64,000 nucleotides of DNA from Candidatus Parcubacteria bacterium (GTDB lineage Bacteria > Patescibacteriota > Minisyncoccia > Phycocordibacterales > UBA5272), in NCBI GenBank assembly GCA_039796775.1, contig JBDKJD010000001.1, positions 5,874 through 69,873 of the forward strand. Direction: 5' to 3'. The stretch's first letter is position 1. The number at the start of each line of letters is the position of its first letter. The notes below the pieces were generated by a model. That model was given only the letters and a program-made list of their open reading frames with translations. It was not told the origin of the DNA and ran no database searches. The translations under genes and the position numbers were made by a program. This document shows positions 27,199-36,845 of the stretch, one piece after another.

Positions 27199-28212
27199 AT
27201 GGAATTCTTCTTTAAAAAGCTCGGCATCGATTTAGGGACTGCTAATACGCTTGTCTATGTTCCCGACAAAGGGGTTGTGCTTGTCGAGCCTTCTGTTGTT
27301 GCCATTTCAGAGTCAGGGAACAAAATCTTAGCCGTAGGTCAAGACGCTAAAGATATGATAGGTAAGACCCCCGACAGCATCACAGCATACCGCCCTATGA
27401 GAGATGGAGTGATCGCTGATTACAGAGTAACAGAAGCGATGCTTAGATATTATATTCACAAAGTCGTAGGTAATTGGAATATATTCAAACCAGATGTGAT
27501 GGTATCAGTTCCAGCCGGAGTAACATCAACCGAGAGACGGGCGGTGATAGAAGCTGCACTCAAAGCTGGGGCTCGTAATGCTTATGTGGTGAAGGAACCT
27601 ATCTTGGCTGCGATTGGTGCGGGTATTCCTATTCATGAAGCTAAAGGCAGGATGATCGTAGATATTGGAGGAGGGACAACGGATGTTGCCGTAATTTCTC
27701 TTGGGGGTATAGTATGCAGCACGTCGGTTAAATGTGCTGGTACAAAAATAGATCAAGCCATCATCGACTATGTTAAAAAAACGTACAATCTAGCAATCGG
27801 TGATCAAACAGCAGAAGAAATAAAAATAAAAATAGGCTCAGCGCTTCCTATAGAAGAAGAGCTCAGTTTGAATGTTAAGGGGAGAGACTTCGTAGCTGGA
27901 TTACCAAAAACTGTTGAAATCAAAACAAATGAAATAGTGAAAGCTATAGATAAAGAACTCAAGATAATGGTCAAAGCTATTAAAGATGTTCTCCAAGAAA
28001 CCCCTCCAGAACTTGCTTCAGATATTATAGATAACGGTATTATTATGTCTGGAGGCTCTTCTCAATTACGTCATTTCCCAGAACTGGTAGAGAGGCGCAC
28101 CGGGGTGAAGGCCGTACTTGCTGATGATGCCTTCTTTTGTGTCGCCAAAGGTACTGGTGTTGCCCTCAAACATCTTGATACTTATAAGAGGAGTATCTTT
28201 GCCAAAAAGTAA
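27199..28212 (+). CDS. mreB: Rod-shape determining actin homologue MreB.
   Basis: It starts MEFFFKKLGIDLGTANTLVYV. The start was moved to the internal ATG at 27199, because the track ORF begins 129 nt upstream inside priA. Confidence 0.9.
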   Translation: MEFFFKKLGIDLGTANTLVYVPDKGVVLVEPSVVAISESGNKILAVGQDAKDMIGKTPDSITAYRPMRDGVIADYRVTEAMLRYYIHKVVGNWNIFKPDVMVSVPAGVTSTERRAVIEAALKAGARNAYVVKEPILAAIGAGIPIHEAKGRMIVDIGGGTTDVAVISLGGIVCSTSVKCAGTKIDQAIIDYVKKTYNLAIGDQTAEEIKIKIGSALPIEEELSLNVKGRDFVAGLPKTVEIKTNEIVKAIDKELKIMVKAIKDVLQETPPELASDIIDNGIIMSGGSSQLRHFPELVERRTGVKAVLADDAFFCVAKGTGVALKHLDTYKRSIFAKK

Positions 28213-28261
28213 TTCATAAAAATGATACTATTGTATAGGGAACGATTACACTACATACTAC

Positions 28262-28927
28262 ATGTCTCATCACGCACGTTTAATAATCAACATAGAAAGA
28301 AAACAAATTGCTTCTTCACTGTTTGAACAATTGAACACTTCCTTTTCTTCTCATGTCTTACATGATCTAACATCTCTTGATATACACACAGCGAGAACTA
28401 TTATCTCTTGGGCCATAACTCCTGCGAGCAAAGAGAAGACTGCTGTTATTTCTTTTCATACAGCCACAGGAGAAGCTCAAAACGCTCTTCTTAAAATAGT
28501 TGAAGAGCCGCCAGTTGGGGTGTCATTTATTTTTGTAACATCAAGCAAAGAAACACTCTTGCCTACATTTTTGTCTCGACTTTCATTAATAGATGATGAG
28601 GATACCCTAGAGACTAACACTTCTTCACAAAAAGCGAGTGACCAGATGTCTTCACTGGTTGAGCTTTTTTTGACAACAGATACTACAGAACGATTAAAAA
28701 ACAAGGAGCTGCTTTCGATAATGGAGCAGGAGACCGAAGATGGCAAAAAAGATAGAGAAGGCGCAAAGCGTTTCCTGTTCACATTGTTACAAAAAATGAA
28801 GCTCTATCATTATCCTCACACCCATATCGAGGAAGTGATCAATCTATCATCTGCGCTTTCTTCTCCGAGTACAAGCATCAAGTATATATTCGAATATCTA
28901 TCATTTCTATTAGCTGTCAAAAAATAA
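28262..28927 (+). CDS. DNA polymerase III delta-prime-like clamp-loader subunit, short and without a P-loop.
   Basis: NALLKIVEEPP and LLPTFLSR (sensor and SRC-like motifs) are present. There is no Walker A. Confidence 0.5.
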   Translation: MSHHARLIINIERKQIASSLFEQLNTSFSSHVLHDLTSLDIHTARTIISWAITPASKEKTAVISFHTATGEAQNALLKIVEEPPVGVSFIFVTSSKETLLPTFLSRLSLIDDEDTLETNTSSQKASDQMSSLVELFLTTDTTERLKNKELLSIMEQETEDGKKDREGAKRFLFTLLQKMKLYHYPHTHIEEVINLSSALSSPSTSIKYIFEYLSFLLAVKK

Positions 28928-28984
28928 ACAAAATCTGCCACACCAAGATACCTATGCTATACTTAGCATTATTTATTACACAAT

Positions 28985-29539
28985 ATGGCATATAATTTCA
29001 CTCAAACAAAATCACAAAAAGACTCAATCATTGATTGGCTCAAAGGTGAATTCAAATCTGTTCAAACAGGAAGAGCTACTCCAATCGTGCTAGACAATAT
29101 AGCAATAGACCTCTACGGATCACGAACTCCGATTGCTCATACAGGAAGCATCACAATAGAAGACCCTAAAACATTGCGAGTGTCCCCATGGGACAAATCT
29201 TCTGTGAGTGCTATAGAAAAAGCAATCAATGAAGCCGATCTTGGTCTCTCAGTGGTATCAGATAGTGACGGATTACGTGTACACTTCCCAATGTTAACAA
29301 CTGAATCAAGATCTCGCCTTGTTAAAGTTTTAAAAGAAAAATTAGAAGATGCTCGTATCAAGATTAGATCATTACGAGAAGATACTAATAAAGACATAGA
29401 CAAGAGAGAGAAAGACGGAGAATACGGCGAAGATGAGAAGAAGCGTTATAGAGAGGAGATGCAAGGAATTGTAGACGAAGCTAATCAAGAATTAGAGTCT
29501 CTCTTCCACAAGAAAGAACAAGAAGTGATGGGGGAGTAA
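28985..29539 (+). CDS. frr: Ribosome recycling factor.
   Basis: It has the typical RRF length and sequence (..VHFPMLTTESRSRLVKVLKEKLEDARIKIR..). Confidence 0.9.
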   Translation: MAYNFTQTKSQKDSIIDWLKGEFKSVQTGRATPIVLDNIAIDLYGSRTPIAHTGSITIEDPKTLRVSPWDKSSVSAIEKAINEADLGLSVVSDSDGLRVHFPMLTTESRSRLVKVLKEKLEDARIKIRSLREDTNKDIDKREKDGEYGEDEKKRYREEMQGIVDEANQELESLFHKKEQEVMGE

Positions 29540-29641
29540 GCGAAAATCATTTATTTTCTGAGTAGTTAATAAAAAAGTGCCGCACTCTTTAAAAAAGATG
29601 CGGCACTTTTGTCCTCTGACCCAGGAGGACACAGCAGCGGC

Positions 29642-30202
29642 TTAGAGCTTGTTGTGCTGACAGGTCGCGCACGGCCGTGGTGTGAACTGCCGCTGACTTT
29701 CATCAGCTAGACTTTTCTGCTTAGCGTCTAGATCACTTAAACATTGATCAATGTCTGCCTGGCTAACCTTGTCATCAAGAGCGTAACGCAGCGTAATCAT
29801 GCCTGGTCCCTCGAAAGAGGGGACGAAGGAGCAGTGCAGATTTCCTGCAGAGGCCCTCACCATGCTCGGCATCGGATACCGGTCAATTTCCGTGTAGCTG
29901 ACTTCCTCAAGACGCTGTAAGCAGTTGTTGATGTTTTTCATGCTCAACCGCTCTTTGTTCCGCGCAGAGACAGACACCAGTTCAAATACCTGGTCCGCAC
30001 GTGATGTGTCGCAATAGATGCCTGGCACACTCCACATGCGGCGAGCAGATGTTTTGGGGGCAATAATGCCTGTTGAGAAGTAAGGCGCTGGAGGGACGGC
30101 ACTAAAGTACGGGGTGTTACTGTTTTGGGCACTTGTTAGCCCCCAATTAAAAAAAAGAAGCAGTGCGCACAAAACAGCACGCAGGACGGGAAACTTTCTC
30201 AT
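29642..30202 (-). CDS. Hypothetical secreted protein encoded by a GC-rich gene.
   Basis: A signal peptide is present (MRKFPVLRAVLCALLLFFNWGLTSAQ). Codons are conspicuously richer in G and C than the neighbouring genes. Hairpin terminators flank it. Confidence 0.5.
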   Translation of the reverse strand: MRKFPVLRAVLCALLLFFNWGLTSAQNSNTPYFSAVPPAPYFSTGIIAPKTSARRMWSVPGIYCDTSRADQVFELVSVSARNKERLSMKNINNCLQRLEEVSYTEIDRYPMPSMVRASAGNLHCSFVPSFEGPGMITLRYALDDKVSQADIDQCLSDLDAKQKSLADESQRQFTPRPCATCQHNKL

Positions 30203-30310
30203 AGTGAGATCTCCTATAATAAATTAAGGTTGTGTGAAAAAAACTACCACAAAATATTATACATAATTTAAAACAATATGTCAATATTTTGTTAGCTGTA
30301 TGCTATACTT

Positions 30311-31426
30311 TTGTTCATGTCAGTATCTGCAATTTTCTTATTTATTGTTATTCTAATTGTTCTTGTTATTGTTCATGAATTTGGGCATTTTATTGCCGCG
30401 AAACTAACAGGAATGAGAGTCGATGAATTCGCTTTTGGTTTTCCACCGAGATTATTCGGTAAGAAAATTGGCGAAACAATGTATGCCTTCAACGCTACCC
30501 CTCTTGGTGGATATGTTTCTATTTGGGGAGAGAACGGTAGTGACGACGACAAAAAAGAAGATGGCGCATCGCATCACCCAAGAGCATTCGGCAATAAGTC
30601 AACTTGGGCAAAATTTTTTGTCCTCTCAGCTGGAGTGATTATGAACATGGTTTTGGCTTTGATTATTTTTATAGGAATCTCTTTTGGAGAAGTGAACATA
30701 AGTGTTGATGACATAGAGTATGGATCAAGGGTGAAGAATCCTTCTCTTGTTGTAACAGAAGTGTCACAGGAAAGCCCTGCGTATAGAGCAGGTATAGTGC
30801 CTGGATCAATACTCCTCTCTATAGTAAGTCAGAAAAAAGTAGCTAACATTTCTTCAGCAACATCTGCTGTCGCTTTTATTGCGGCTAATCAGAATGCTTT
30901 TTTTGATATAACATTTCTATCACCTGATTCCATAAAAAAACAAGTAACCGTCGCTGCGGTGTATGGAATAGTGCCGGACAAAAAAGCTCTCGGCGTGAGT
31001 CTTGATATGGTAGGTAACGTTAAACTCACTGCAGGAGAAGCTATTCTCCTAGGGGTGGAGAGAACGTACAAAATGACTGAACTAACACTCGTAGGATTAA
31101 CGGGAGTTCTTACTTCTTTATTTAAAGGTGAAAGCGTTCTTGAATCACTTTCTGGTCCTGTTGGTATAGCCAAAATAGTAGGGGAGACATCATCGTATGG
31201 ATACATCGCCTTACTTACCCTTGTGGCTGTTTTATCTATCAATCTCGCAATCTTCAATGCATTACCGTTACCCGCTCTTGACGGGGGAAGAATATTAGTA
31301 GTTCTTATCGAGTCAGTGATAAGAAAAAAGATTCCTTTTGTGTATTATGCTTGGCTCAACACAATAGGATTCTTGTCATTATTGCTCTTACTTATCGTTG
31401 TAACCATTAAAGACATAGGCTTATAA
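30311..31426 (+). CDS. rseP: RIP (site-2) zinc metalloprotease RseP.
   Basis: HEFGHF (HExxH), a PDZ region and NALPLPALDGG are present. Confidence 0.85.
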   Translation: MFMSVSAIFLFIVILIVLVIVHEFGHFIAAKLTGMRVDEFAFGFPPRLFGKKIGETMYAFNATPLGGYVSIWGENGSDDDKKEDGASHHPRAFGNKSTWAKFFVLSAGVIMNMVLALIIFIGISFGEVNISVDDIEYGSRVKNPSLVVTEVSQESPAYRAGIVPGSILLSIVSQKKVANISSATSAVAFIAANQNAFFDITFLSPDSIKKQVTVAAVYGIVPDKKALGVSLDMVGNVKLTAGEAILLGVERTYKMTELTLVGLTGVLTSLFKGESVLESLSGPVGIAKIVGETSSYGYIALLTLVAVLSINLAIFNALPLPALDGGRILVVLIESVIRKKIPFVYYAWLNTIGFLSLLLLLIVVTIKDIGL

Positions 31427-31451
31427 ATGTGAGATACTTACTATAATATCT

Positions 31452-32729
31452 ATGAGACAATCACATCTTTTTACAAAAACAAGGAAGGAGGCGCCAAAAG
31501 ACGAAGTCTCCAAAAATGCAATATTATTAACACGTGCCGGATTCATTCACAAAGAAATGGCTGGGGTGTATACAATGCTACCGCTTGGTCTTCGTGTTCT
31601 CAAAAAAATCGAAGATATTATACGTTTCCATATGAATACAGTGAGTAATGAACTCCTTATGCCAGCTCTCTCACCGCTTGAACGATGGGAAGCAACTGGG
31701 AGGTTAGACACTATTGATGTGCTCATGAAGACAGTTCCAGCAAATGATCATTCGAAGGAGCGTAGCTCTAATTCATATGTCCTTAACCCAACACATGAAG
31801 ATGTTATCACACCAATTGTGAGAGATGTTGCTCGCTCATACAGAGACTTACCTGTGTCTGTCTATCAAATACAAACCAAATTCCGAAATGAAGCACGTGC
31901 AAAGTCAGGTATTTTAAGAGGGAGAGAATTTAGGATGAAAGATCTTTATAGTTTCCATAAAGATCAAGAAGATCTTATGAAGTTTTATGACTCAATGAAG
32001 ACAGTCTACGCTAACGTCTTCAATGATATTGGAATAGGCGCTGATACCTATTTAACCGTAGCATCAGGTGGAGACTTTACGACCAACTTTTCACATGAAT
32101 TCCAAACTCTCACTGAAGCTGGAGAAGATTTGATCTATGTAGACAAAAAAAATAAAATTGCTTACAACAAAGAAGTGGTCAATGAGGAGAACGCTAAGAA
32201 ACTAGGGGTTAACTTCGAGGAGATGGAACAAATAAAAGCGTGTGAAGTAGGTAACATATTCCCGCTTGATACTCGTTTTAGTAAAGCACTTGATTATACG
32301 TACACAGACGAACACGGAGAGCAACAAATAATTTATATGGGGTCCTACGGTATTGGTCCAAGCAGACTTATGGGAGTGGTGGTGGAGAAGCTATCTGACG
32401 AAAAGGGGCTCGTATGGCCTGCGTCTATCGCGCCATTTTCTCTTCATCTCATTACACTCTCAAAAGATAAAGAAAGTGAAGCCTCTAAACAAGCAGTCTC
32501 ACTCTATGACACCTTAAGAGAACGAGGGGTCGAAGTACTCTTTGATGATAGAGAAGTATCAGCTGGAGAAAAATTCGCAGATAGCGATCTGTTAGGTATT
32601 CCAATCAGAGTTGTTATTTCAGACAAGTCATTAGAAAAGGGTGGGGTAGAGATAAAAGAAAGAACAAGTGAGTTAAGTGAGATAATCACTATCGAAGAAT
32701 TATTAGCAACATACAACAAAAACTGTTAA
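31452..32729 (+). CDS. proS: Prolyl-tRNA synthetase, short form without the insertion editing domain.
   Basis: The N terminus (MRQSHLFTKTRKEAPKDEVSKNAILLTRAGFIHKEMAGVYTMLPLGLRVLKKIE) is typical of ProRS, and class II motifs are present. Confidence 0.9.
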   Translation: MRQSHLFTKTRKEAPKDEVSKNAILLTRAGFIHKEMAGVYTMLPLGLRVLKKIEDIIRFHMNTVSNELLMPALSPLERWEATGRLDTIDVLMKTVPANDHSKERSSNSYVLNPTHEDVITPIVRDVARSYRDLPVSVYQIQTKFRNEARAKSGILRGREFRMKDLYSFHKDQEDLMKFYDSMKTVYANVFNDIGIGADTYLTVASGGDFTTNFSHEFQTLTEAGEDLIYVDKKNKIAYNKEVVNEENAKKLGVNFEEMEQIKACEVGNIFPLDTRFSKALDYTYTDEHGEQQIIYMGSYGIGPSRLMGVVVEKLSDEKGLVWPASIAPFSLHLITLSKDKESEASKQAVSLYDTLRERGVEVLFDDREVSAGEKFADSDLLGIPIRVVISDKSLEKGGVEIKERTSELSEIITIEELLATYNKNC

Positions 32730-32754
32730 CTAATTATCTACGGAAGGCAAAGGT

Positions 32755-32797
32755 CTCCCTTTATTAATAAATTAAATAGAGGGAGATTTTTATTTTG
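32755..32797 (+). terminator. Rho-independent terminator of proS.
   Basis: tctccct-N19-agggaga is followed by tttttatttt. Confidence 0.6.
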
Positions 32798-33917
32798 AGG
32801 AAATGGTATACATATGATCATATATGAATAAAAAGAGGTTTAAATAATTGTTTATTTATAAGTATCGAATTAATCTAATAGTTAAAAATACATTGTTTTA
32901 TAATGCCATAATATCAATTAATAAATAATTAAAATGGGATGCAAATTAACATCTAAAATCTACTCATAGTATAGAAAAGCGTGTCTATTACTCATACACC
33001 GCTTTGATGATGACTGAGTTATTCAAAAATATACAAAGGTTTATATAAGGGAAGCTGAGCACAAAATCAATTCTATTGCTTATAGATTTTGAAGATTATA
33101 TTTGTTCAGACTTTTTTATATATAATCTTTATAGAAGCTATCTAATTAAAGGGATATATCCATCCATGAATACAAAGAAGAGAGTATAGGTAGCCAACAA
33201 TATCGAGACCAAGGATTGTAAGGGTATATATCATTAAAGAAGGCCATGATAAGACCTATGCGAAAAAGTTAACTAGAGGCTGATAGGAAGGCACACGATA
33301 TAGAATACTTTTAGAATTAACTTTTTGAAATGATTCTATTAATAGACACTGATCAAACATGGGTCACGGAGTAGGGATATAGAGAAGTAGAACTGTATGG
33401 CTGACAGAATTATTTTTAATATAAGAGACAATGTTAAAAGTGCTTTAGATATATAGTTATTAAAAGGGGTTTTGTTATATATCTAATGTCGCACAATATA
33501 TCTTTTACGACTATATATCCTATAATAAGGCTTTACCCCTAAACTTCGTTAGCTTAATTTCGCTCACATTAAACTTGATTAACAGAAAAGATTACAACCA
33601 AGTAAGACTAGGTTATCTGGGAGTACTTACACTATAGCAACCTGTATGCATAAAGTCCTTACGGTTAATATACAAAGAAAATTAATTTCCAAGACTTCTC
33701 TTTATATAAATGGTTTAATACACCTGTACGCAAGATAGCATAATATCTTTTACATGAAAGAACGAAGTTGAAGAAATAAGAGATTAAACCTCTAACCCCT
33801 TTTCTACTGGCTTAGATTTTATTAAGACACAGCTCTTTATGTATCATCTACTAATTTTTTAACCAAAAAGCTATGATAATTTATCCTTATCTTCTTTGGA
33901 TTATACTGGGGGGTGTT

Positions 33918-34019
33918 TTACTTTATCTTATTCAAAATAATCCAAAGCCCTAGAAGTAGTCCAGCAATATATGAAGCAACAGCTAGGAGTATAAAAGATG
34001 GTAATGTGAAAGTTATCAT
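33918..34019 (-). CDS. Small hydrophobic peptide of 33 aa (MITFTLPSFILLAVASYIAGLLLGLWIILNKIK).
   Basis: It is a paralogue of the adjacent peptide, has a single transmembrane helix and ends in KIK. Confidence 0.4.
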   Translation of the reverse strand: MITFTLPSFILLAVASYIAGLLLGLWIILNKIK

Positions 34020-34047
34020 ATACGTAAGTAGTGTTAAGACTATAAAG

Positions 34048-34158
34048 TTACTTCACTTTAAGATAATAAAGATAAACTCCAATGCTTGATGTTAGTGCTC
34101 CAAAAATAAAAATAGCACTGAGTAGTAATATGGCTCCTGGTAAAGTGAAAGTGATCAT
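34048..34158 (-). CDS. Small hydrophobic peptide of 36 aa (MITFTLPGAILLLSAIFIFGALTSSIGVYLYYLKVK).
   Basis: Its first seven residues are identical to the downstream paralogue. The two genes are in tandem, 28 nt apart. Confidence 0.4.
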   Translation of the reverse strand: MITFTLPGAILLLSAIFIFGALTSSIGVYLYYLKVK

Positions 34159-34184
34159 ATCTATATAATTTTGTTTATAGTATA

Positions 34185-35516
34185 TTACAAATAACTAAGC
34201 GGGTTAAGATAACCTGATCGTGGAGCTATTGGCATGCGCATAATGGTCCCACACGCTCGACTCCTATGATTAGTTATTTGAACAGCATCAGAAGCAAATA
34301 CTGTGAAGTGTAGATGCGGTCCGGTACTGTAGCCAGTATTGCCTGAGAGGCCTATTTTTTGTCTCTGTGTGAGCGAGTCTCCTTCTCTTACATGTATAGA
34401 AGACATATGCGCATAAAGCGTGGAGAGACCATTATTGTGCCTAATGAGTACCCATTTACCATATGACGCACCACTACAAGCAGTGTCTGTGTCCCCTACT
34501 CCTATGACTGTACCTGACTCAGCAGAATATAATGTTGTCCCTGTAGGAACACCAAAATCAATACCATTATGCCCAGCTCCATTGTAAACCTGAGGATTCT
34601 TGCTCGAGAATGGAGTATTGCCAAAATATTGAGTAATACGCACGGTATCAAGTGGATACTTTAATATTCCTTTACCGTATTTTGGTAACTTACTAACATC
34701 TACTATTGTCTTTAATTTTGCTTCAATGTCAGACATTTCTGACTCTAACTCATTTTTCTTTTTCTTTCTTTCGGCTAATAGATTTTGATATACAGATTCT
34801 TTATTCTGAGTATCTTTAAGTAATTTATTTTTATCTTTAGAAGTTATTTCTACTGTTTCTTTTTGATTAGCTAAACGATTATTTAACACCTCTAAATTTT
34901 CTTTGTGTTGTTCATATGACTTCTTTTGAACATCTAATGTTAGCTTGGTATCGACAAGAGCTTGTACTCGTTCAGAAATAGCATTTGAAACTTCTGTATT
35001 TCTTGTATATGAATCAATGGCGCTCGAAAGAGTCCCACCATCTTTTAACACAAAAATATACTTAGGGATAGCCACATCATCATAATAGAACCGTCTCAAA
35101 GACTCACTCAGAGCTTTCTTATTCCTCTCAAGCACTGACTCTGTTGCATGTATCTTTTCTTCAGTGAAAGAAATATTCTGTTCAGCTTTTTCTATTCGAA
35201 GAGACGTATTTTTGATTTCTTTTAACAGTAAAGTTCTTTTGTTTTCTAACACCAACAATGCCTGTCTTAATGTTTTAGCCTCACCTTTAGTTTGGTTAAT
35301 CTTTTGAGAGAATGCTTTTATTTCATTATCAAGATCAGTAATTTGTTTTGATAGTCCATCTAAGTCTTGGCGCAATTCATCGGCTGTTTGAGCTTTTAGG
35401 TGCGTCACGGGGAAGAAAAAACTTCCATATATTCCAAGTGTCAAAAAGCATAAGAACGCCAGAGACTGTATGGCTATATTTCTTTTATGTTGTTTGTTCG
35501 AGTTGTACGACTGCAT
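34185..35516 (-). CDS. M23-family peptidoglycan DD-metalloendopeptidase with an N-terminal coiled coil (EnvC-like).
   Basis: The C-terminal M23 motifs are present (HNGIDFG...GNTGYSTGPHLHF), preceded by a long heptad-rich region and a transmembrane segment. Confidence 0.8.
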   Translation of the reverse strand: MQSYNSNKQHKRNIAIQSLAFLCFLTLGIYGSFFFPVTHLKAQTADELRQDLDGLSKQITDLDNEIKAFSQKINQTKGEAKTLRQALLVLENKRTLLLKEIKNTSLRIEKAEQNISFTEEKIHATESVLERNKKALSESLRRFYYDDVAIPKYIFVLKDGGTLSSAIDSYTRNTEVSNAISERVQALVDTKLTLDVQKKSYEQHKENLEVLNNRLANQKETVEITSKDKNKLLKDTQNKESVYQNLLAERKKKKNELESEMSDIEAKLKTIVDVSKLPKYGKGILKYPLDTVRITQYFGNTPFSSKNPQVYNGAGHNGIDFGVPTGTTLYSAESGTVIGVGDTDTACSGASYGKWVLIRHNNGLSTLYAHMSSIHVREGDSLTQRQKIGLSGNTGYSTGPHLHFTVFASDAVQITNHRSRACGTIMRMPIAPRSGYLNPLSYL

Positions 35517-36804
35517 TTCTTATTCTTGTTTTTACTTCATCATAACCGAGAAGGTAACAGATAGTAAACGGATCTAACGATTTTTCTTTCCCTGAGAGTG
35601 CGACGCGTAATGGCCATAACACATTACCTTTGCCATGCTCTGTGGCATAAGGCATGACACTTTCTTTTATAGTAGCAGGAGAATAGAAGTCAGAATAGAG
35701 CAATAATTCAAGTACAGAGATTAGATGTTTACTCGTATCTTCCTTTGTGTCATCTTTCCAGAGAATCAAAGAACCATTAACCTCTGGGCGTGATTTCAAG
35801 AAACCAAATTCTTCTTGCTCCAGTGTTGAAAGCTGTCCATAATAAGATATTCTATCGACAACAAAAGGTAGCATCTTATCGAGAAGCTCTTCGTCATACT
35901 CTCTAAAATAAGGAGCAATCATTTTTTTGACAGCAGCAGCATTCTCCATCTTGAGATGCTCTTTGTTCATCCAGAGTAACTTTTCTTCATTAAAAATAGC
36001 TCCAGCTTTGTGAATTCTTGCTATATCAAACAGTTCAATTAATTCTTGTGTTGAAAATATTTCTTTCTCCCCTCCTGGATTCCATCCAATAAAAGCCATG
36101 AAATTAATGAGCGCTTCTGGCAAAAATCCTTTGTCTCTATAGTACGTCACAGGGAGAGCGCCTTTACGCTTAGACAGTTTAGTTCTATCAGGCGATAAAA
36201 CAAGTGGTAGGTGGGCATAGAGTGGTATCTTGAACCCCAAAGCTTTGGCTATCAGTATCTGACGTGGCGTATTAGGAATATGATCCTCCCCTCTTATAAC
36301 ATGAGTTACATTCGCTTCATAGTCATCGACAACAACCGCCAAATGAAATAATGGCTCTGTGACTGACTTAGCAATAACAAAGTCACCAAGATCAGTCGTG
36401 TCTATTTCTATTCTTCCTCTAATTAAATCATCGAACACAACAACTTCTCCAGTGTTCTTAAAGCGCACCAGCTCTCTCATCACACCGCTACCATCTTTGG
36501 CTTCCTCTTTTGAAATATACGCATAACCTTGTGTTATTAATTGATTGAGATATGCAGTGTGCTTATTAAGATTCTCACTTTGAATATAAAGCTTATCGTG
36601 AGCAAGGCCAAGCCATGTGAGACTTTCTAAAATATTCTCCTTGTACTCTTCTTTGCTTCTTTCTCTGTCTGTATCTTCTATTCTTAAAATAAAAGAACCT
36701 CCCATTTTTTTGGCATATAGATAAGCAAAAACAGCGGTTCTGTAATTACCTAAATGAAGTAATCCTGTAGGACTAGGAGCGAAACGTGTGACTATTGATG
36801 ACAT
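35485..36804 (-). CDS. gltX: Glutamyl-tRNA synthetase.
   Basis: FAPSPTGLLHLGN (HIGH) and KLSKRKG (KMSKS) are present. Confidence 0.9.
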   Translation of the reverse strand: MSSIVTRFAPSPTGLLHLGNYRTAVFAYLYAKKMGGSFILRIEDTDRERSKEEYKENILESLTWLGLAHDKLYIQSENLNKHTAYLNQLITQGYAYISKEEAKDGSGVMRELVRFKNTGEVVVFDDLIRGRIEIDTTDLGDFVIAKSVTEPLFHLAVVVDDYEANVTHVIRGEDHIPNTPRQILIAKALGFKIPLYAHLPLVLSPDRTKLSKRKGALPVTYYRDKGFLPEALINFMAFIGWNPGGEKEIFSTQELIELFDIARIHKAGAIFNEEKLLWMNKEHLKMENAAAVKKMIAPYFREYDEELLDKMLPFVVDRISYYGQLSTLEQEEFGFLKSRPEVNGSLILWKDDTKEDTSKHLISVLELLLYSDFYSPATIKESVMPYATEHGKGNVLWPLRVALSGKEKSLDPFTICYLLGYDEVKTRIRNAVVQLEQTT

Positions 36805-36845
36805 ATTACTAGTATAGAGAGAAGTATATCATTAGAACGGTTATT

